From positions 192,001-256,000 of the forward strand of contig CAWDOD010000006.1 in NCBI GenBank assembly GCA_963803805.1: a DNA stretch of 64,000 bases, written 5' to 3'. Below are positions 7,670-14,724 of the stretch, one piece after another (the first letter of the stretch is position 1; every line of letters starts with the position of its first letter). Origin of the DNA: an uncultured cyanobacterium (GTDB taxonomy: Bacteria > Cyanobacteriota > Cyanobacteriia > Cyanobacteriales > CAWCAG01). The notes under the pieces are model-generated. The model was not told the origin of the DNA and did no database searches. It worked only from the letters and a program-made list of their open reading frames with translations. The position numbers were made by a program, and so were the translations under genes.

Positions 7670-10666
7670 TTGAGTCAATTATCTTTCGCCGTGAATCATC
7701 TACAGGAGTGGTCTGCAAGTTGTGTTGATGACCAACTTACTCGTCTTAATGTTATCCCTTTAGAAGGGGCGCAACCCTACGACTATCTTTTTTATTCTGA
7801 AACTATTCCTCGGAGAAATGATGGCCGGGTTAGTACTCAATTTCTTAAACGTTACGAACATACTGAGGAAGGGGGTTGGTGGTGTTCGGGTATTGATCTC
7901 CTGACAGGATATGAAGATAATTGGGGTTGTTTTAAGCCGGAAAAACCTCGTTATACCGCAGATCGGCAGAAGGTAATTAAGTACGAACATCCTCCAAAAG
8001 CACCCACCGGAGTTTTTGCTTTACGGGTTCCTCTTCATCTTTGGGAACGTATTGCCCATCGCTATAAGCAAAAACTTTCTCCTCAAAAAGTTAAAGCGGG
8101 CTTTTGGCAGTGGTTACAAAATCATCCCGAAATTCCCCTTTGTATCACCGAAGGGGCGAAAAAAGCTGGGGCTTTACTTACCGCTGGTTATGCGGCGATC
8201 GCACTTCCTGGTATTAATGGGGGCTACCGAGTACCAAGGGACGGTAGGGGAAGGAGAGTTGGTAAATCTCACCTGATTCCTCAACTCCTAGCCCTTGCTG
8301 GGGGAGGAAGAGAGTTTTATCTGGTTTTTGACCAAGATTCTAAACCTCGCACCATCAAAGCTGTTGATGCTGCTATACGCCGGACGGGATATCTGCTTAC
8401 TCAGCAAGGTTGTCCGGTGAAGGTGGTGGTTTGGGATCAAGAATTTGGTAAAGGGATTGATGATTTAATTGCTATTCGGGGTGAAGGTTTTTTTGAGGAG
8501 ATTTATCAACAGGCAGCTTCTTTTGATCATTGGAAAGCGAAATCCCTCAACCGCTTAACCTATCAAAGTGATCTCAAAGTTAATCAACGTTACTTGCCAC
8601 CTTTAGATATTCCCGAAACTGCCAAGTTAGTTGCCCTGAAATCAGCTAAAGGAACGGGGAAAACTAAATTTTTAGAAGGTGTAGTGGCTGAAGCTTTAGA
8701 AAGGGGACAGTGGGTTTTAGTTTTGGGGCATCGAGTACGCTTAGTAGAAGCCCTTTGTCAGCGTTTTGGTTTAAATTATGTTACGGAAATAAAAGATTCT
8801 CAACAAGACTCCCTTTTGGGTTATGGTTTGTGTGTGGATTCTCTCCACCCCAACTCCCAAGCCCAATTTAATGCCCATGATTGGTTTGATGGGGTAGTTA
8901 TTATTGATGAGGTGGAACAGGTTCTTTGGCACGCCCTCAATTCTAGTACCTGTAGTAGCAATCGAGTTGCCATTCTTAAATCCTTAAAAACCTTGATGCA
9001 AAATGTTTTAGGAGGTAGTGGTCAAGTTTTTGTTACCGATGCTGACTTAAGCGATTTAGCTTTGGATTATTTAATTGCTTTAGGGGGAGTTGAGATCGAA
9101 CCTGTGGTAATTGAAAATACCTGGCAACCTGGCATTGAGGAAGCTTGGCAAGTTTATCATTACCCAGAAAGTAAGCCGAAAAGGTTATTAAAAGATTTAG
9201 AAAAACATATTGCCGAAGGGGGAAAGCCTTTTGTTTTTCTTTCTGCCCAAAAGTTAAAAAGTCAGTGGGGAACTTCCAACTTAGAGTCCTATTTACAAAA
9301 GCAGTTTCCCCAGAAAAAGATTTTGCGTTTAGATTCAGAATCGCTGTTAGAACCTAGTCATCCCGCTTCTAATTGCATCACTAAATTAAACCAAGTCTTA
9401 CCCCATTACGATATTGTTTTAGCAAGTCCGGTAATTGAAACTGGTATCAGTATTGACTTACAAGGGCATTTCACCTCGGTTTGGGCGATCGCCCAAGGAG
9501 TGCAAGCAGAAAACAGTGTCAGACAATCATTAGGACGCATTAGAGAAAATATTCCTCGCTATCTTTGGGTTGCCCCCTATGGGTTTAATCAAGTGGGGAA
9601 TGGTTCTACTTCTATTCCTACTCTCCTTTCCTCTGGGCAACGACTTACGCAACTTAATGTCCGTTTGTTACAACAATCAGATTTTGCTTCCCTAGATGAC
9701 TTAGATACCGGGTTTCAGGCAGAATCATTAATGTGTTGGGCGAAAATGGCGGTGCGTTTTAATGCTGGGATGGTGCAATATCGAGAGACAATCTTAAGGG
9801 CTTTGCAAGCAGAAGGGCATCATCTCCAAGAAGCACCTCCTTCTGTGGTTAATAAAACCAACTCCCCGACAAACTCCCTTACTGAAGCGATTACAGAAGT
9901 TAGAGACAGGAATTATGAAGCGGAATGTCAAGGGATTGCCTTTGCAAAAGATATTAGCGATCACACTTATAATACCCTGAAAAAACAATTAATTAAAACC
10001 CCAACTCAAAGGCGATCTCAACGCAAACATGAACTTAAATTGCGTTATGGCATCCCGGTAACAACTCAACTAGTGATTAGGGATGATGGCGGTTGGTATC
10101 AGAAAATTCGCCTCCATTACTTTCTCACTGTAGGGAAGGAACATCTAGCGGAAAGGGATAGGTTAGCAGCCCAAAGATTGATTAATAGTGGTGAAGGGAG
10201 TATCTTTTTACCGGATTTTAACCGTTCTCAATTAGGGGCAACCATCGGCACAATGGAGATCCTGGGTATTCCTGTGTTGTTGGGGCTGAGGGGAAAGGAG
10301 TTGAAAAATAGTGATACCGATTTGCAAAAAATGGCGCAATTAGCTTTAAGTAACCGTTCGGAAATTAAAACTTTGGTAGGTTTGGGATTGGCGAAAAACT
10401 CTAGTCCGATTATGATTATTCGACGCTTCTTAGATAAAATTGGTTATAGTTTGCAATATCTACGTTGTGAAAGCCAAGGGAAAAAACGGATTAGGGTTTA
10501 TCAAATCAAAGAACCATTGGATAATCGCTTTGAGGTGTTTAAGTATTGGTTTGCTGGGGAAGGATATTACAAAAATCATCATTTAGCAGCAGATTTATTT
10601 CCTTGTTTAAATAGTACTGATTATCCTCAAGAAAGTAATCATGTTCAACTTTCTCTTGCTTTATGA
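7670..10666 (+). CDS. DUF3854 (Toprim-like) + helicase protein of the CyRepA1 plasmid-replication-protein type, chromosomal copy
   Basis: KYEHPPK, CITEGAKKAGALL, FDQDSK and GKGIDD (Toprim-like); Walker A SAKGTGKT; Walker B IIDEVEQ; SPVIETGISID and QSLGRIR helicase motifs. Confidence 0.8.
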   Translation: MSQLSFAVNHLQEWSASCVDDQLTRLNVIPLEGAQPYDYLFYSETIPRRNDGRVSTQFLKRYEHTEEGGWWCSGIDLLTGYEDNWGCFKPEKPRYTADRQKVIKYEHPPKAPTGVFALRVPLHLWERIAHRYKQKLSPQKVKAGFWQWLQNHPEIPLCITEGAKKAGALLTAGYAAIALPGINGGYRVPRDGRGRRVGKSHLIPQLLALAGGGREFYLVFDQDSKPRTIKAVDAAIRRTGYLLTQQGCPVKVVVWDQEFGKGIDDLIAIRGEGFFEEIYQQAASFDHWKAKSLNRLTYQSDLKVNQRYLPPLDIPETAKLVALKSAKGTGKTKFLEGVVAEALERGQWVLVLGHRVRLVEALCQRFGLNYVTEIKDSQQDSLLGYGLCVDSLHPNSQAQFNAHDWFDGVVIIDEVEQVLWHALNSSTCSSNRVAILKSLKTLMQNVLGGSGQVFVTDADLSDLALDYLIALGGVEIEPVVIENTWQPGIEEAWQVYHYPESKPKRLLKDLEKHIAEGGKPFVFLSAQKLKSQWGTSNLESYLQKQFPQKKILRLDSESLLEPSHPASNCITKLNQVLPHYDIVLASPVIETGISIDLQGHFTSVWAIAQGVQAENSVRQSLGRIRENIPRYLWVAPYGFNQVGNGSTSIPTLLSSGQRLTQLNVRLLQQSDFASLDDLDTGFQAESLMCWAKMAVRFNAGMVQYRETILRALQAEGHHLQEAPPSVVNKTNSPTNSLTEAITEVRDRNYEAECQGIAFAKDISDHTYNTLKKQLIKTPTQRRSQRKHELKLRYGIPVTTQLVIRDDGGWYQKIRLHYFLTVGKEHLAERDRLAAQRLINSGEGSIFLPDFNRSQLGATIGTMEILGIPVLLGLRGKELKNSDTDLQKMAQLALSNRSEIKTLVGLGLAKNSSPIMIIRRFLDKIGYSLQYLRCESQGKKRIRVYQIKEPLDNRFEVFKYWFAGEGYYKNHHLAADLFPCLNSTDYPQESNHVQLSLAL

Positions 10667-10756
10667 GAAGAAAGAAATAGAGTTTATCTTGCCCTATTTT
10701 TAAGTAAATGTTACGAAATATGAATCGTTTTTTTCTGTTTTTTGGCTAATTTTTCC

Positions 10757-10800
10757 TTGACAAGCTAAAATTAGTTTAGATAATGAGAATATTAACAATT
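10757..10800 (+). promoter_or_regulatory. Sigma70-type promoter with an overlapping Fur-box-like site
   Basis: TTGACA (10757)-N16-GATAAT (10779); GATAATGAGAATATTAACA matches 13/19 of the Fur consensus; upstream of a TonB-like gene. Confidence 0.5.
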
Positions 10801-11015
10801 TTTTAAACGAAAGTACATATTTCCCATTATAAAATAATACCATCAAAGGTAAATAGAATCAATGGGAAGATTATTTTTATTTCGCCGCGAAACCTAGTTT
10901 AAATAATTGCGGTAGAGTTAGTGAGGTGAACATTCCTTAGCTGTTATTATAAATGCTTTAAGACAGAAATTGCCTCTTACAAATAGCAACTAGCCATTAG
11001 CCATTAGCAAATCCT

Positions 11016-11771
11016 ATGTTTGAAAAATCCCACCAAGATCCACCAGGTTTATGGGGTATGGTTGCATTAGGTTCCTTGGCCATTCATGGCTTATGTTTCT
11101 GGTTATTATGGGGAATATTCTTACCCAATCGTGCCAAGGGAGATGAAAAGGCAACTATTCCCATCGAAATTATTGCGGTCAAGGCTAATCAATCTCCTGT
11201 AGATACTCCCAAAGCTAGTATTCAGCCTCAAAAGCCCCCTACAATCCCAAATAGTAAACAGATTCCCACTCTTCCACCCCAACCTAATCAACCTCCTACT
11301 CCATCTCCCTCAACTACTCCATCTCCCTCACCTAGCCCCACTCCAACGCCAGAACCAAGTGTCTCTCCTTCTCCTGGTCTTCCTAAAGGTAATAAAGGAT
11401 TTAGAGTTAATGTAGGCCGATTTGAACGTACAGGGACAAACATAGATAATCTGGGCCAAGATGTTGATACCATTGACCAACCAGCAACAATTAAACCTAA
11501 CTACAAGATTCTTTTTAACCATCTCAATTTACTAGGCTTTTCTACACAACAGCCTTTAATTTTTGAAGTAATTATAGTGGTTGAGACTAATGGTAAAGCC
11601 AATGTTGATCCTAGTTCTCCTGTAATAGTTCAGCAAGGCAATATTAGTCAAGCAGCAGCTAAAGCCTTAGCCGCAGAGATTATTAGAGAGTGGGAGTTTA
11701 ATCCTACTGTTATAGAAGAAGGATTTGTCGCTTATTCCTACCATCTCCGATTAAGTACCAATCCCCTCTAA
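11016..11771 (+). CDS. TonB-like energy transducer / proline-rich membrane-anchored protein
   Basis: N-terminal TM helix with SxxxH (SLAIHG), PT/PS-rich spacer and a TonB-C-like C-terminus (V.V...G.A...IREWEFNP). Confidence 0.6.
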   Translation: MFEKSHQDPPGLWGMVALGSLAIHGLCFWLLWGIFLPNRAKGDEKATIPIEIIAVKANQSPVDTPKASIQPQKPPTIPNSKQIPTLPPQPNQPPTPSPSTTPSPSPSPTPTPEPSVSPSPGLPKGNKGFRVNVGRFERTGTNIDNLGQDVDTIDQPATIKPNYKILFNHLNLLGFSTQQPLIFEVIIVVETNGKANVDPSSPVIVQQGNISQAAAKALAAEIIREWEFNPTVIEEGFVAYSYHLRLSTNPL

Positions 11772-11821
11772 TTTTTCTGCAAACAGTAGCAATTTATGTT
11801 AACCTTATTTAGTTATAGACT

Positions 11822-11892
11822 GCGGGCGTAGTTTAGTGGTAAAACCTTAGCCTTCCAAGCTAATGATGCGGGTTCGATTCCCGCCGCCCGCT
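11822..11892 (+). tRNA. trnG: tRNA-Gly (anticodon TCC)
   Basis: GCGGGCG acceptor stem, TTAGC-CTTCCAA-GCTAA anticodon arm and GGTTCGATTC T-loop; CCA not encoded. Confidence 0.97.
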
Positions 11893-11929
11893 TAATTTTG
11901 TATATTGCTGGTAGATTAGAGGTGAAGTT

Positions 11930-12107
11930 GCGATCGCCCCTCTCGTAGGGTGCGTTAGGCTGCTATTATTCATCGGGCCAAATAAACACGATTAAATTAT
12001 GCCGTAACGCACCAACTCCCTTTAGTCAGTTGTTTTTGGTGCGTTACGCAATGAAGAAGAGTTAAAGTATTTTCGATGAGTATTATGACTTTGCTAACAC
12101 ACCCTAC
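11930..12107. repeat. HIP1-linked GTAG REP doublet (REPIN-like), copy 1
   Basis: GCGATCGC-CCCTCTC-GTAGGGTGCGTTA...TAACGCACC...GGTGCGTTA...TAACACACCCTAC. Confidence 0.85.
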
Positions 12108-12139
12108 AAAATCAACTACTAATAGCTACAGTTGTATTA

Positions 12140-12577
12140 ATGCCTAACAAAGACAAATACCACGAAAATGTTAAAAATGCCCTTCGTAAAGATGGATGGA
12201 TTATTACCAATGATCCACTGCATTTGAAGTGGGGTAGGAAAGATTTGTATGTTGACTTAGGGGCAGGAAAATTAGTGATTGCAGAAAAAGAATCACAAAA
12301 AATTGCTGTTGAAATTAAAACTTTTGGTAGCCACTCAGAAGTTGCAGACTTACAAAAGGCAATCGGACAATACTTCACCTACCTGGCTGTAATCAAACGA
12401 ACCTATCCTGATAGAGAATTGTACCTTGCCACTCATGAGGAAGTTTTTGGTGATATCTTTGCAGAAGAACCCTTGGGACAACTTTTATTAAAAGAGTACC
12501 AAATTCCCCTCATCATTTTTGATCCACAACGGGAGGTTATTACTCAATGGTTAACTTGGCAGAATACGGAAAAGTGA
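12140..12577 (+). CDS. xisH: XisH family protein (PD-(D/E)XK fold)
   Basis: MP.KD.YH..VKNAL.KDGW.IT.DPL.L...DLGA.K...KIAVEIK.F...AIGQY. Confidence 0.92.
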   Translation: MPNKDKYHENVKNALRKDGWIITNDPLHLKWGRKDLYVDLGAGKLVIAEKESQKIAVEIKTFGSHSEVADLQKAIGQYFTYLAVIKRTYPDRELYLATHEEVFGDIFAEEPLGQLLLKEYQIPLIIFDPQREVITQWLTWQNTEK

Positions 12578-12903
12578 TTTGTAATGTCTTAATTGAACAT
12601 ACCAAAATCCCCTACTCCTACGGTGACATTAAACACGAAACAGTTTTTGATAAAGAACAAAACCGCTACATAGTCATGATATTAGGGCGAGAACCCTTCC
12701 CTGAACTTTCTCCGACAGCAACCCGACGAGTTCATGGTTGTTTAATTCACGTCGATATAATCGGTAATCGCATCTTTATTCAACGGGATGGTACAGAGGA
12801 GGGCATTGTTAATGAACTTATTCAAGCAGGCATACCGGAAGATAAAATCGTCTTGGAATACAAATCTAAGCGATTAAGAAAAGACTTAGGATTAGCAATT
12901 TGA
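12547..12903 (+). CDS. xisI: XisI family protein
   Basis: FD....RY...RVHGCLIHVDI...I.IQRDGTEEGI..EL..AGIP...IVL; overlaps xisH. Confidence 0.92.
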   Translation: MVNLAEYGKVICNVLIEHTKIPYSYGDIKHETVFDKEQNRYIVMILGREPFPELSPTATRRVHGCLIHVDIIGNRIFIQRDGTEEGIVNELIQAGIPEDKIVLEYKSKRLRKDLGLAI

Positions 12904-12989
12904 TAATTTACTCTGTAAGTCCTAAAACTACCACTTATACCCAAAATCTCGCCCCTACTATTACAACATTTTAGGCGTGCCACGCCAGT

Positions 12990-13073
12990 GCGATCGCCCC
13001 TCTTGTAGGGTGCGTTAGGCTGCTATCATTCATCAGGCCAAATAAACAAAATTAAATTTTGCCGTAACGCACC
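12990..13073. repeat. HIP1-linked GTAG REP, copy 2 (first hairpin only)
   Basis: GCGATCGC-CCCTCTT-GTAGGGTGCGTTAGGCTGCT...GCCGTAACGCACC; same orientation as copy 1. Confidence 0.85.
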
Positions 13074-13087
13074 AAAACTAAGGTCTT

Positions 13088-13225
13088 TTAGGCGTTGTTG
13101 TGCTGAAGAAGAAAGTAGATGCCGATAGTAATTAAGGCGATCGCAAAAGTAAAAGGTGATTCGGCGAAGGTGAGGAAGATAATTAGTAGTTCGAGGATGA
13201 TTTTTAGTTCTTCAATATTTTTCAT
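13088..13225 (-). CDS. Small hydrophobic protein (45 aa)
   Basis: Translated by hand: MKNIEELKIILELLIIFLTFAESPFTFAIALITIGIYFLLQHNNA*; below the ORF-track cutoff. Confidence 0.5.
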   Translation of the reverse strand: MKNIEELKIILELLIIFLTFAESPFTFAIALITIGIYFLLQHNNA

Positions 13226-13373
13226 TTTTGCTGTTTGAACTCTACAATTCCATTGCAATAGGTGTTGTGTTGAGTTCCGTGGTGAGGGAAGTTCTGATTT
13301 TGTGGTGAGTTTGTCTTGAGTGTATTGAGTTTGTGTTGAGAAAGGCTGTAACCCTTATTTGACCGTTATCATA

Positions 13374-13515
13374 GTAGGGTGGGCAAATAAACCATGATTT
13401 TGGGTTGTTATTAATAACAAGAGTTTTGCCCACCTGTTGGCTACAAATATCATGGTGGGCAAATCAATAATAATTTTGATTGTCCATCTCAATAAAGGTA
13501 CTTTGCCCACCCTAC
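13374..13515. repeat. Second-family GTAG REP doublet
   Basis: GTAGGGTGGGCAAA...TTTGCCCACC...GGTGGGCAAA...TTTGCCCACCCTAC. Confidence 0.85.
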
Positions 13516-13518
13516 CTA

Positions 13519-14711
13519 GTAGTCTGTCAATCATGAATTTGTGGATAAAGATTCTTGAGACGAACACGGGCATCTTCAGTGGTAAATTGCCAATCTACCG
13601 ACTTTTGCAATCTGTTACGCTCCACACACCAAGCCTGAGTCTCACTCTCTAAAACTTCCCGCTCTCCAATTCGTCTATCCAAGCACTGTCGAGTCAAAGC
13701 AGACAACTCAATCTCAGCAATATTAAGCCAACTTCCATGTTTGGGAGTATGGTGAATTTCCAACTTTTCTACTAAACCACGGGCAGTTGGTGGTTCAAAG
13801 GCTTTATAAAAAGAAGCCTGTGTGTGAGTGTTTAACTGGTCACATACCAAAGTTACGGTTTCACTCTCTGGGTAGTCTTGCTCTAGTAAATGCTGTACCT
13901 GTAATGCCCAATCTACTGCGGTTCTTGTCTGGGTAACTATAACCTTTCGCCAGCCTGAAAGAGGTTCTGTAAATATGAAGAGGTTCGCCGTTCCATTACG
14001 TTCATATTCGTAATCGAATGACTCTGGATATCCCGGTTTGGCCGGTAGCCGAGTGCGAGTTTCTTTAATTAGTTGCACCGGTTTTTCATCCATACAGATC
14101 ATGGGATGCTTGGGGTCATAGGGTCGATGATAAACTTCTAATACATCCTCCATCTGAGCTACAAATTCAGCATTTTTTTGAGGGGGAATGACATATTGCT
14201 TACGCAGATGAGGCTTTAATTGGTTTTTTTTAGCTCTCGTCTGACTGTTTCGTGGCTAATCTCTGGCACAATCTCCAGCTCTGCTAATTTGTCTGCTAGG
14301 AGTCTTAATGTCCAACGTGCTTGCCCTTTTGGAGGCTCTCCACACCTTAAGGCTATTAGCTTTGCCTGCGCTTCTCCATCACATACTTTGGGGCGCGATG
14401 GACTTTTTTGCTTCTTTCTCTCTAATGCTCTTTCTAAACCAACTTCTACTAATCTTTGTCGCAGATTCGCTACTGTGTTTCGGTGACAGCCAAATGTCTT
14501 CGCTGCCTCTTTGTCTGTCCATCCTTGTCCATTCACGTCTATGTTTAACAGTATATTCGCGTGTTTTATCTTATATGCTGCTGCTTTACCCTTTGATACT
14601 AATTCTTGGAGTTGCTGTCTTTCTTCTTCTGTTAATCTCACTATGTAACGTTTCTGCATTTTTTACATTTGCTTCCTGATTCCACTCACAAAATTAATTA
14701 TGACAGACTAC
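13519..14711 (-). mobile_element. IS630-family insertion sequence, apparently intact
   Basis: TIRs GTAGTCTGTCA / TGACAGACTAC flanked by duplicated TA (13517-18 and 14712-13) within a CTAG target. Confidence 0.93.
13527..14659 (-). CDS. IS630 transposase: OrfA (HTH, 14216-14659) and OrfB (DDE) joined by a -1 frameshift
   Basis: A8C slippery run at 14223-14231; the -1 frame reads KKNQLKPHLRKQYVIPP..FVAQMEDV; DDE residues in CMDEK, VCDQL and NIAEIE. Confidence 0.92.
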
Positions 14712-14724
14712 TAGAAGCTAAAGA

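Noticed and set aside
7670-10666. Integrated plasmid
   Set aside because: No partition, mobilisation or att features; the flanks look chromosomal
13242-13652. Short ORFs 13242-13433, 13355-13573 and 13437-13652
   Set aside because: They span REP and IS ends and are likely incidental
14216-14235. IS630 as a frameshifted pseudogene
   Set aside because: The A8C site between OrfA and OrfB is the usual programmed frameshift of this IS630 subgroup
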